A DNA stretch of 61,203 nt from Anaerolineales bacterium (GCA_046759305.1 JBHIBY010000002.1:1-61203); one strand, 5' to 3'; positions 7,436-16,287 are shown, counted from the stretch's first letter. Notes: a model not told the origin generated them from the letters alone. Program-made: numbers and translations.

Positions 7436-9379
7436 ATGGTTGCACGCACCGTCTACCTGGAGGACATTCCGTTTGATGAGGCCTGGGCAGCTTTCCGTTC
7501 CGCGTTAATCAGAGAAAAACGATGGGGGCCGGTCGAGAGCGAGGTAGTTGCTCTGGATGAGGCTCTCGGGCGGATAATCGCCGAACCCGTTTGGGCCAAG
7601 ATCTCGTCTCCCCATTATCACGCAGCAGCTATGGATGGCTATGCCATACGCGCATCCGATTCAACTGAGGCGAGCGATCGCTCTCCAGTGCATCTTTACG
7701 ACGACAGATTCGAATTTGTAGATACCGGTGACGCCCTACCTGATTGGGCGGATGCTGTTGTGCCGATTGAAGCAGTGGAAATCACAGGGGATCGGGAGCA
7801 GGCGTCCGGTATCCTGCTTCGGGCTGCGGCTCATCCCTGGTCCAACGTGCGCCCGATGGGCGAAGACATGGTAGCCACAGAGATGATCCTGCCCGCCGGC
7901 CATCGATTGCGACCGGTCGATCTTGGCGCGGCGGCGGGGAGTGGGCACGCAGGCTTGGCCGTACATAGAAAGCCGAAAGTAGCGATCATCCCCACTGGAT
8001 CCGAACTGGTGCCGCCCGGAAGCTCGCCCCAGCCGGGGGAGACTATTGAATACAACAGCCTGGTACTCGCCGCGCAGATTGAAGATTGGGGGGCAGAAGC
8101 CATTCGGCTCCCGATCGTGAGGGATGATGCTGAAGAGATCCGCTCCGCAGTCAGCGAGGCAGCGAGCAACTGTGATCTGATCCTGCTCAACGCAGGCTCG
8201 TCCGCGGGATCAGAAGACCATTCTGCAGAAGTAGTGTCTTCGCTCGGCGAGCTGCTCGTTCATGGAGTGGCCATTCGTCCCGGTCATCCCGTGATTCTTG
8301 GAATCATCGGCAACGGCGAGAAAAACGTGCCGATCGTCGGCGTCCCCGGGTATCCGGCCTCCGCGGCACTGACCGGTGAGATCTTCATTCAACCGTTGAT
8401 CCGACGCTGGCTTGGACTGACAGAGTCGGATGATCGCTACATTGAAGCGGAACTGACACGAAAGGTCCACTCTTCGCTCGGCGATGATGAGTATCTGCGA
8501 GTCTCAGTCGGTAAAGTGGGAGATCGAATCGTAGCCGCTCCCCTTTCAAGAGGCGCAGGTGTCATCACCTCTCTTGTGCGAGCCGATGGACTGGTGCGTA
8601 TTCCTGCGGGCACGCAGGGTTACGAGGTAGGCACGCGCACGACGGTTCGACTGTACCGTACGCCAGAAGAGATCGAACGGACTATTCTGGCAATCGGTTC
8701 CCATGATTTAACTCTGGATCTGCTCGCTCAGCATTTGGCGATACGGGGTACGCGGCTGAGCTCCGCCAGCGTAGGGAGCCTGGGTGGGCTGATCGCGCTG
8801 GGACGCGGGGAAGCTCACCTGGCTGGGTCTCATCTACTCGACCCAGAAACTGGCGAGTACAACCTATCCTACATTCGGAAGCATTTATCCAATACTCCTG
8901 TGATGCTGATCGCGCTGGTTCGTCGGCAGCAGGGCTTGATTCTGGCCCCAGGCAACCCCAAGGGGATCCGGAATCTCAAAGATCTAGCGCGCGATGATGT
9001 TGTGTTCGTAAATCGTCAGCGAGGGGCGGGAACTCGAGTGTTGCTTGATTATCAGCTTTCCGAACTCGATCTCAGCCCCGATGTAATCAATGGATACGGT
9101 CGCGTGGAGTTCACCCACCTGGCTGTCGCAGCGGCAGTCTCCGCCGGCCGGGTAGATTGTGGGATGGGCATTCAGGCTGCAGCAGCCGCGCTCGATCTTG
9201 ACTTTGTGCCCCTATTCAGTGAGAGCTACGATTTGGTGATTCCGAAGCAACATTACGAAAGCGAGCTACTTGAACCACTAATTGACATCCTAAAGAGTGA
9301 TGACTTTGCGAATGAGGTGAAGGCACTGGAAGGCTACGAGCTGGAACGGCCCGGCGAGATTTTGAAAGAGCTTGTCTAG
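7436..9379 (+). CDS. MoeA paralog fused to a C-terminal periplasmic-binding-protein-like (PBP_like, molybdate/tungstate-type) domain
   Basis: The N-terminal part has MoeA motifs (AMDGYAIRASD, PTGSELV, LLNAGSSAGSED, GVAIRPGHP). The C-terminal ~220 aa is PBP-like (ILAIGSHDLTLDLLAQHL...GLIALGRGEAHLAGSHLLD...FVNRQRGAGTR). ATG 7436 was chosen; ATG 7403 is also possible. Confidence 0.85.
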   Translation: MVARTVYLEDIPFDEAWAAFRSALIREKRWGPVESEVVALDEALGRIIAEPVWAKISSPHYHAAAMDGYAIRASDSTEASDRSPVHLYDDRFEFVDTGDALPDWADAVVPIEAVEITGDREQASGILLRAAAHPWSNVRPMGEDMVATEMILPAGHRLRPVDLGAAAGSGHAGLAVHRKPKVAIIPTGSELVPPGSSPQPGETIEYNSLVLAAQIEDWGAEAIRLPIVRDDAEEIRSAVSEAASNCDLILLNAGSSAGSEDHSAEVVSSLGELLVHGVAIRPGHPVILGIIGNGEKNVPIVGVPGYPASAALTGEIFIQPLIRRWLGLTESDDRYIEAELTRKVHSSLGDDEYLRVSVGKVGDRIVAAPLSRGAGVITSLVRADGLVRIPAGTQGYEVGTRTTVRLYRTPEEIERTILAIGSHDLTLDLLAQHLAIRGTRLSSASVGSLGGLIALGRGEAHLAGSHLLDPETGEYNLSYIRKHLSNTPVMLIALVRRQQGLILAPGNPKGIRNLKDLARDDVVFVNRQRGAGTRVLLDYQLSELDLSPDVINGYGRVEFTHLAVAAAVSAGRVDCGMGIQAAAAALDLDFVPLFSESYDLVIPKQHYESELLEPLIDILKSDDFANEVKALEGYELERPGEILKELV

Positions 9380-10593
9380 GGAGCGGTGATTCCGATGAGG
9401 GGAACCGGTGTGAAGGTCAGGAAAAAGACGATCAATGCAAGTATCGCAGCAACCTTACGGCCATTGTCAAGGTTGGTGACATCATCCAATGGCTGTGCAT
9501 AGGTCTTGCCCATCATGAATACTAGGGCAGCAAACAGGATCCAGCCCTGGTACACAACGATCAGTATGACGAAGCCCACGACGATAAACGGCCACAGTCG
9601 AGCCACTCGCGATCCAAACCACGAATAAAGCGAGTGCCCGCCATCTAATTGCCCGGCTGGAATTAAGTTGATTCCGGTCACCAGCAAGCCCGCCCAGGCG
9701 GCAAAAGCCATGGGATGCAGCTGGACATCCCGTCCGCCAAATGGAAACGGCACGCCAAATTGCGTGCCTGTGCCCGCCGCGAGATTGCGCAGCCAGTAAA
9801 TGAGTTCACTCTGGCCCTCGAAGCCAGCCGGAGCGGGAAGCAGCTCTCCGGTGACGACATATTTGGCAGCAAGATAAAGAATCGAATTCCCCTCGAGTGC
9901 TCCCCCAGCGCCTGGCAGAAACTCACCTACAGTGGAAAGGCTCAACCCAACAAATAGCAAAGGTAAGGCCACCGCCAACCCAGCATATGGGCCAGCCAAT
10001 CCCATGTCCAACAGGTGTTTTCGATTTCTGGGACGCGATTTGAGTCGGATGAAGGCTCCGAATGTGCCCAAGAAAAGCGGGGACGGGATGAAAAAAGGTA
10101 GCGAGACAGCCATCTTATGGAAGCGGCCAGCAAGGTAGTGACCGAATTCATGTGCGGCCAGTATCCCAAGCAAGGTTCCTGTGTAGATGAGACCCAACGC
10201 GAGCGGTTGACCTAATATGCTCTGGGTCGGATTGTCGGATGCATAGGATGTGCCGTATCCAAGTCCGGTATAGAGCACCGTCAGAAAGGTCGCCAGAGCA
10301 AGTAGGCCGTGCAACCACAGACGATCGGGTTTCGCCTCGGGAAACTCTCCCGCGGCGAGGAGGACATGCACCCCACCTTCCTTGCGCAGGAATAGACCCG
10401 CGCCCTCCTGCTTAAACTGAGGCTCGAGTTGATCGAATGCTGCTTCGGACTCAATGAGCAGGTTTCCCTGATAACGGGCCCGGTAGGTTCGACCTTCGCC
10501 GCCAGGCTGCCACCGCTTAACGTCCATCACTTCACGGACGATCGGGAGCATACGGGTTACAAGGTCGTCTACTCGCTCAACCGACGCTTCCAT
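9376..10593 (-). CDS. M50-family site-2 protease (intramembrane zinc metalloprotease)
   Basis: It has HEFGHYLAGRFH (HExxH) in a TM helix and NLIPAGQLDGGH (NxxPxxxLDG). The start is moved to ATG 10593 because the 464 aa track ORF reads through tRNA-Sec. Confidence 0.8.
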   Translation of the reverse strand: MEASVERVDDLVTRMLPIVREVMDVKRWQPGGEGRTYRARYQGNLLIESEAAFDQLEPQFKQEGAGLFLRKEGGVHVLLAAGEFPEAKPDRLWLHGLLALATFLTVLYTGLGYGTSYASDNPTQSILGQPLALGLIYTGTLLGILAAHEFGHYLAGRFHKMAVSLPFFIPSPLFLGTFGAFIRLKSRPRNRKHLLDMGLAGPYAGLAVALPLLFVGLSLSTVGEFLPGAGGALEGNSILYLAAKYVVTGELLPAPAGFEGQSELIYWLRNLAAGTGTQFGVPFPFGGRDVQLHPMAFAAWAGLLVTGINLIPAGQLDGGHSLYSWFGSRVARLWPFIVVGFVILIVVYQGWILFAALVFMMGKTYAQPLDDVTNLDNGRKVAAILALIVFFLTFTPVPLIGITAP

Positions 10594-10615
10594 CAAAGCT
10601 CCATAACTACAAAGA

Positions 10616-10708
10616 CGGGAGTGGATGGGAGTCGAACCCACCGCGGCCCGTTCACGGCCCGCCACCGATTTTGAAGACCGGGGAGCCCACCGGGACTCAA
10701 CCACCCCC
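10616..10708 (-). tRNA. selC: tRNA-Sec (selenocysteine, anticodon UCA)
   Basis: The 93 nt reverse complement is GGGGGTGGTTGAGTCCCGGTGGGCTCCCCGGTCTTCAAAATCGGTGGCGGGCCGTGAACGGGCCGCGGTGGGTTCGACTCCCATCCACTCCCG. It has an 8 bp acceptor stem, a 6 bp D-stem with a 4 nt loop and anticodon loop CTTCAAA. It also has a long variable arm, a 5 bp T-stem with TTCGACT and discriminator G, which is the bacterial 8/5 Sec architecture. Confidence 0.85.
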
Positions 10709-10811
10709 AAGCTGGGCAAGCATACCTTACCGGCACGCGCCCTGACAAGAAGCCTGGTGCTTTCAATCATCTCCTTGCTACAATCCGATCAGTTTATGAG
10801 CTCAACCCTAC

Positions 10812-12020
10812 GTGATTGAGGAATCGATCCAACTACAGCACCCACCGGTTGTTTCGCCTGCCAAGCGAGACAATTGGGACTGGATTCTGATCATCGTTGG
10901 GTCCCTAGGACTCGGGGTCAGCCTACTTATTGCAATTGCCCTCAGCGTGTTTTCTCTTTTCGCGAAGCAGCCGATTGCATTGGGAGTCGAAGCCACTTCA
11001 TTTTTCGCGGTAGGAATGCTCGGCGCCCCGGCGATCTACTGGGGTGCAAGGGGCTCGGCAGATCGAGCTGTGCGGAGGGTACGTCCCGCTTGGCTTCTGG
11101 CAGTGGTGCTTTATCCGCTGGCGTTGTTCTTAGGCATTCTCGCCTTTGAGGTCGGGACGCTTCCCAGATTGTTGGGACCTATGGCACACATCATTGCTGC
11201 GAGTGCTCCTGTACTTTTCGTCGCCTCAATTTCAATCTCGCGCGGCCCGCTCCTTTCGGCCCGGCGCCGCTGGGCACATTTCCTTGCCGGCCTCTGGGTG
11301 ACTCCGCCTCTTAGTCTGACGCTCGAACTGATGGCGCTAATCCCAGTCGGCCTGCTTATGATCGTGAGCTTGACCCAAACTCCCGATGGTCAATCACTCA
11401 TACAGGATCTACTAGCCATCGAGTTTGCGACGGATGAAGAGTTACATAGCCTGATGACGCGCCTACTCACGCAGCCTTTCGTAATCTTGTTGGGTATCGG
11501 ACTACTCTCCGGGGTAGTCCCGCTTATCGAAGAGTTGATTAAATCCCTCACCATCTGGCCTCTGCTCGGGAGACCAATGACAGCTGGCCAAGCATTCCTG
11601 GGTGGGGTTCTAGGAGGTGCCGGCTACGCCCTTTTTGAATCGTTCTTTTTACCCCAACCGGGGGCAGATTGGGCGCTTACGATGGTCGCTCGCGGTGGCA
11701 CGCCACTGATCCATGCCTTCAATACCGGTCTCGTATGCTGGGGATTAGCAGAAGGAGTGCGAAGAAAACGGTGGCTGCTCTTTGCCGGTACATACTTCCT
11801 GGCAGTAGGGTTGCATGGACTTTGGAACCTTGCCGCAATTGGGATTGGCCTATCAATTATTGAGACAGGACCAGGCTCACTAGATCCCGAAATCCTGAGC
11901 TCGGTGGGCTATTTGGGGTTGTTTGGGCTGTTCGGGCTAACCGTAGGATCGCTGGCAGGATTGATTTGGCTTCCCGCCAAGCTCGATTCTGAGGTTCCAA
12001 TACGGCCACGTCGTACGTGA
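10812..12020 (+). CDS. PrsW/CPBP-like intramembrane metalloprotease
   Basis: The protein is polytopic, with IEELIKS (EExxK), GYALFESFF, LIHAFNTG (HxxxN) and LHGLWN. Confidence 0.6.
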   Translation: MIEESIQLQHPPVVSPAKRDNWDWILIIVGSLGLGVSLLIAIALSVFSLFAKQPIALGVEATSFFAVGMLGAPAIYWGARGSADRAVRRVRPAWLLAVVLYPLALFLGILAFEVGTLPRLLGPMAHIIAASAPVLFVASISISRGPLLSARRRWAHFLAGLWVTPPLSLTLELMALIPVGLLMIVSLTQTPDGQSLIQDLLAIEFATDEELHSLMTRLLTQPFVILLGIGLLSGVVPLIEELIKSLTIWPLLGRPMTAGQAFLGGVLGGAGYALFESFFLPQPGADWALTMVARGGTPLIHAFNTGLVCWGLAEGVRRKRWLLFAGTYFLAVGLHGLWNLAAIGIGLSIIETGPGSLDPEILSSVGYLGLFGLFGLTVGSLAGLIWLPAKLDSEVPIRPRRT

Positions 12021-12628
12021 TGAACTACATAGATGATGAAACCCACTAGTAGGACGATTGCGATTGGGATATCGAACGGTCGCATAATCGCGCGCAATTC
12101 CTCCCAGTTTGCCCCAAACGCATAGCCGCCTAGTGCAAGCGCTCCGCACCAAATAAATGATCCCAAGAAGGTATAGAGAATAAAGGGCCCGAATCGTGTT
12201 CTGGAGACACCCATCGGAAATGAGATGAAGGTACGAACGATGGGCAGCAAGCGTGAGAAGAACGCGACCGCTTCTCCCCAACGGGTAAACCAGCGATCAG
12301 CTAACTCAAGATCGTGGTGACTGATCATGAAGTAACGCCCATAGCGATCTAGAAATGGCCGACCACCGAATGCGCCCAATGCGTAGGAGGCGATGGATCC
12401 AATCGTACAGCCGAGCGCACCCCAGAATCCACCGAATAAGATAGCCTGCAGCGCGCTTCCATCCTGAGCTTGCACAAGCAGCCATCCTGCCAACGGCATC
12501 GTGACTTCGCTCGGAATGGGAATATTGGCGCTTTCAAGCGCCATGATGAATGCCACCCCGCCCCAGCCAATAGCCTGCAGGATATCGCTAAGTATTAATA
12601 CGATTTGATGTTCAAGTTCAGCGGGCAT
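11909..12628 (-). CDS. DedA-family inner-membrane protein
   Basis: DedA/SNARE-associated motifs are present: ESANIPIPSE, FFSRLLPIVRTFISFPMGVSR. ATG 12628 is preferred over TTG 12664. The 3' end overlaps the convergent upstream gene. Confidence 0.8.
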   Translation of the reverse strand: MPAELEHQIVLILSDILQAIGWGGVAFIMALESANIPIPSEVTMPLAGWLLVQAQDGSALQAILFGGFWGALGCTIGSIASYALGAFGGRPFLDRYGRYFMISHHDLELADRWFTRWGEAVAFFSRLLPIVRTFISFPMGVSRTRFGPFILYTFLGSFIWCGALALGGYAFGANWEELRAIMRPFDIPIAIVLLVGFIIYVVHHVRRGRIGTSESSLAGSQINPASDPTVSPNSPNNPK

Positions 12629-12964
12629 GAATTTCCAAGTTCGAAGCGGGGAGTATAACCGCAACTATGAGCTGAAACAATAATTGCCATTGCTGCATTA
12701 TCGCATGCTCCATCGTCGACGGCCGCTCTCCTATTCGCTTGCTCCTGACAGATCATCCTCGTTAGCGCGGTGCTCCGGACGGAGAAGATTCTGGGCAGAG
12801 CCAAAATCGAGATTAGTATTTGGGTTTGTCGGAATGAATAGGTCATTGCTCCCGCTGGTAAATCGAGATCGAAGTGATATATTAGTGCCCGCGCTATTAT
12901 GTTGTTATGTTGACCTTCGGGCGAAAACTGAATTCAACTATTGTCTAAGCCGCGCGTCGAACTC

Positions 12965-13312
12965 ATGATGGATCGCCTGCGTGATTTGCAGGCCTCCTCG
13001 ACAGATGTCGAGGCCTCCGCGGTTGTCAGTGTTGATGGTCTGACCATGGCTTCAGCGCTGCCCTCCGATGTTGAGGAAGATCGGGTGTCTGCAATGTCGG
13101 CGGCCATGCTATCTCTTGGGGAGCGCATTGCCACCGAGCTAGGCCGGGGCAAGCTGGATCAGGTTTACATCAGGGGCCAAAGCGGGTACGTGATCCTAAT
13201 GTCGATTGCACGTGAGGCGGTGCTGACGGTCCTGGCTCGCGACCAGGCGAAGCTCGGTTTGCTCTTTCTTGACATGCGTCGCGCAGCGGAGGACCTCTCC
13301 AAATTGCTCTAG
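12965..13312 (+). CDS. Roadblock/LC7 (MglB-like) domain protein
   Basis: The Roadblock pattern is present: ASAVVSVDGLTMAS...DRVSAMSAAMLSLGERIATELGRG.LDQVYIRG..GYVILM.I. The ATG-ATG at 12965 is preferred to TTG 12941. Confidence 0.75.
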   Translation: MMDRLRDLQASSTDVEASAVVSVDGLTMASALPSDVEEDRVSAMSAAMLSLGERIATELGRGKLDQVYIRGQSGYVILMSIAREAVLTVLARDQAKLGLLFLDMRRAAEDLSKLL

Positions 13313-13313
13313 G

Positions 13314-14048
13314 ATGCGGCAGCTTACAGTCGTCATCCCAACCTATAACGAGGCAGAAAACCTCCCCTCTCTTATAGACGTTCTACTCGCAACAGCCATC
13401 CCAAATCTGAAGATAATAATTGTGGACGATGGTTCACCCGATGGTACCGGCCATCTTGCGGATGAACTCGAAGAGCAGATGGCTGGAAGGCTGTCAGTGG
13501 TCCACCGAGCGGGGAAAATGGGGCTAGGGTCTGCATACATTCGGGGGTTCGGCGTTGCACTTAAGCATGGTGCGGAGGCCATCGGGCAAATGGATGCAGA
13601 TTTTTCGCACTCGCCATCGCACCTGCCAGAATTGCTGGCTGAGCTGGACAACTGGGATGCGGTCTTCGGTTCACGCTACGTAGAGGGTGGTCGGGTGGAT
13701 GAGCGCTGGAGCTTTGGACGTGTCTTTCTTTCAAAGTTCGGAAACACCTATGCGAGAGTCTTATTACGATTGCAGGTGCGGGATTCAACCGGCGGCTTTC
13801 GAATCTGGCGCGCGGAGACCCTGAAGGGTATGCCGCTTGAGCGCGTAACCTCCGAAGGCTACGTTTTTCAGGTTGAGATGGCGTACATTGCACAGAGAAT
13901 GGGTTTCAAAATTGCAGAGCAGCCAATTTATTTCGAGGATCGGCGGATCGGCCAGTCTAAGATGTCTCTGAGAATTCAGCTAGAAGCCGCAATTCGAGTC
14001 TGGTTCTTGCCCTACATTTACCGTGGCTTGGGACCCTCACATTCTTGA
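13314..14048 (+). CDS. GT2 polyprenol-phosphate mannosyl/glycosyltransferase (Dpm1-like)
   Basis: Dpm1-like motifs are present: VVIPTYNEAENL, IIIVDDGSPDGT, QMDADFSH, GGFRIWR. The ATG lies 1 nt after the Roadblock stop. Confidence 0.85.
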   Translation: MRQLTVVIPTYNEAENLPSLIDVLLATAIPNLKIIIVDDGSPDGTGHLADELEEQMAGRLSVVHRAGKMGLGSAYIRGFGVALKHGAEAIGQMDADFSHSPSHLPELLAELDNWDAVFGSRYVEGGRVDERWSFGRVFLSKFGNTYARVLLRLQVRDSTGGFRIWRAETLKGMPLERVTSEGYVFQVEMAYIAQRMGFKIAEQPIYFEDRRIGQSKMSLRIQLEAAIRVWFLPYIYRGLGPSHS

Positions 14049-14089
14049 AATCTAGGCCACCTGCGTGGAATTTCCGAGCATTCCCAGCG

Positions 14090-14902
14090 CTAGATGAATT
14101 TGACGGCTTTTGCTAGCCCCTCCCAGTCCTCCACACTTAACGCTTGTGCCCTTGCAGATGGATCGATCCCCGCTACATCTAACGTCTCGCTTGCAGCCTT
14201 GCCCAGCACTGGTCCCAGCGAATTCCTCAACTTCTTGCGGCGTTGAGCGAATCCTGCACGAGCCAGCTGGAACACCGGGGCGATCCATTCAGCCTCAATC
14301 ACCGGATTCCCGTGTATGTCTATGCGCAATATTGACGAATTTACCTCTGGCTTTGGATAGAACGCTCGTGCCGGGATATTGCCTCGGATCTCCGGCACCC
14401 CATAAATTTGAACGCTTAGTGCAAGTAGGCTCATCTCACCCGGCTTGGCCGCAGCTCTCTGAGCGACTTCGGATTGAACTGTGAGAACCATGCGCCGTGG
14501 AGGTTGTCCAGCCTCAAGAAAGCGCCTCATCATTGCCGAAGTGATTGTATAAGGAATATTAGCGACAACCTGGAAGCCGTCCGGAGTAGCGAGTTCGATG
14601 GTCAGCGCGTCACCGTGGACAACATCCACGTTGTCGACTCCTTCCAGCACCGCCCTCAATACGGGAATTAGTCGCGCGTCATGCTCGATCGCGATGACCC
14701 TCGCAGCGGCGACGGAAAGCCGACGGGTGAGAGCACCCAATCCGGCCCCTACTTCTACAATGGTCTCCGTGCCACCAAGCTCGGCCGCCAGTAAGATTTC
14801 GTCGAGCGCCTCGCGATCGATGATGAAGTTTTGTCCAAGCTTTTTGCGGGGGCGAATTCCGTATGCGCGCAGCAACCGGCGCGCGGCAAGTGGGTCCGGC
14901 AC
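14090..14902 (-). CDS. rsmA: 16S rRNA (adenine1518/1519-N6)-dimethyltransferase
   Basis: RsmA motifs are present: KKLGQNFIID, VEVGAGLGALT, NIPYTITS. The GTG start shares 1 nt with the upstream stop. Confidence 0.92.
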   Translation of the reverse strand: MPDPLAARRLLRAYGIRPRKKLGQNFIIDREALDEILLAAELGGTETIVEVGAGLGALTRRLSVAAARVIAIEHDARLIPVLRAVLEGVDNVDVVHGDALTIELATPDGFQVVANIPYTITSAMMRRFLEAGQPPRRMVLTVQSEVAQRAAAKPGEMSLLALSVQIYGVPEIRGNIPARAFYPKPEVNSSILRIDIHGNPVIEAEWIAPVFQLARAGFAQRRKKLRNSLGPVLGKAASETLDVAGIDPSARAQALSVEDWEGLAKAVKFI

Positions 14903-16287
14903 TAGGGGAAGATATATACGATCGAGTCAGGCGCGGGCACGGGGGTTAGAAAGTAAACGGTGACGTAGCCACTCCAGGAAATCCAGTTATCGTCCTCGTA
15001 TCCAAGATCGATCCAACGGCCCTTAACTCCACTCCCGGTATCTGCGGCCTCTGCATACCCATAACCTGGCACATACATCATTGTTCCGAATGGAATCAGA
15101 CGTCGGTCAATGGCCACCAGGCCCCTTTTTAGGGGTTTGCCGGAGGCGGTGATACCAAACCAGCGCGCATCGGGGGACACGCCAGCACGGGATGGCGAGT
15201 ATGAAGTGGCGTACATCTCGACTGCTCGCCAGTAATCCAGAGCGCCATCGGCAGTGGATACGCTTCGGACCTTAATCAGGGTCCCGTAGCCGACTATTTG
15301 CTGAGTCGGCTCCTGCGCAACCCACTCACCTTCGAGCGTACGGCTGAGTTCCTCCCCGTCCTCAAAACGCACTCGGACACGATTAGTTGTGATCCCAAAT
15401 GCTCCCGCTTGTACTAATTGCTGGTTATCAATCTCGAGCGTATCGATCGGCTGGAACAGCGTATCGAAAGCAAGCGGCTCCTGCTCCATCTGCACTTCCT
15501 CCCGGACGCGCACGATCCGTACCTGACCATCCGCTGGCAGGGGTGCGGAATGATCCGGGATCGAGTAATCCAACCCCATCAGAATCAGCCCAGCGTCAAC
15601 AAGAGCTTGCTCGACTGTGCCGCCGGCCGATCGCCCGCTTATCTCTTCGCCTGCTGAATGGATCGACACAGGCGTCGATCTCTCCAGGTTGGCATCCATT
15701 GGGCCATTGAGCGGCGTATTGGGAACTGGCTCGAGCCGGTCCCCCTCATATAAGTGAACGCCGCCTTCCCACAAAGCTTCCCCGAGTGTCGGCGCAGCGG
15801 AATGCAGCAAGAGCTCCATCCCATCTACCGCAATCCTCACGGCAACTGCGCGCTTGAGTTGAATATGAGAAGGCGCAGCGGATTCTGCAGATAATCCGTC
15901 AATGATGAGGCGATCTCCGGGAAAGAGTTCCCTTGCGATCATATTCGCCGGATCAGTTGCGGCGGTATCCACAAGATGGATCGCACCCTGATCTACTACT
16001 ACGACGGAATGAGCATGGCTCAGTTCCACTACTGGAAGCACTCCGTCTTCCCACATCAGCTCGGAGTTGGTATCGGGCAGCAGGGCATCGTTGGGTCCGA
16101 GGGTAATCCCCGCCTCACGAAGAAGCTCTCCAACTTGACGAGCGTGAGTTCGCAACTGCAGGGGCTTTCCGTTGATTACCAGCAGAGCAGGCCGAGCGGT
16201 GGCGTAATACAGTACGCTCAGTCCGGCTGCAGTAAGCATAAGAGGAATCAGTGACGGAAAGCTACGACGTACTGTTGTCAGGTCCAT
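14902..16287 (-). CDS. YabE-like cell-wall protein (TM anchor, three DUF348 repeats, G5 domain, 3D/RlpA-like domain)
   Basis: There are three DUF348-like repeats (e.g. LVINGKPLQLRTHARQVGELLREAGITLGPND) and a G5 segment. The C-terminus is 3D-like (AIDRRLIPFGTMMYVPGYGYAEAADTGSGVKGRWIDLGY). Its position next to ksgA matches Bacillus yabE. Confidence 0.8.
   Translation of the reverse strand: MDLTTVRRSFPSLIPLMLTAAGLSVLYYATARPALLVINGKPLQLRTHARQVGELLREAGITLGPNDALLPDTNSELMWEDGVLPVVELSHAHSVVVVDQGAIHLVDTAATDPANMIARELFPGDRLIIDGLSAESAAPSHIQLKRAVAVRIAVDGMELLLHSAAPTLGEALWEGGVHLYEGDRLEPVPNTPLNGPMDANLERSTPVSIHSAGEEISGRSAGGTVEQALVDAGLILMGLDYSIPDHSAPLPADGQVRIVRVREEVQMEQEPLAFDTLFQPIDTLEIDNQQLVQAGAFGITTNRVRVRFEDGEELSRTLEGEWVAQEPTQQIVGYGTLIKVRSVSTADGALDYWRAVEMYATSYSPSRAGVSPDARWFGITASGKPLKRGLVAIDRRLIPFGTMMYVPGYGYAEAADTGSGVKGRWIDLGYEDDNWISWSGYVTVYFLTPVPAPDSIVYIFP

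Noticed and set aside
10594-10770. The N-terminal 59 codons of the 464 aa track ORF (9376..10770), which would extend the M50 protease.
   Set aside because: The extension reads straight through the tRNA-Sec gene (10616..10708). Its sequence is R/S/G-rich and not protein-like. ATG 10593 gives a normal M50 N-terminus.
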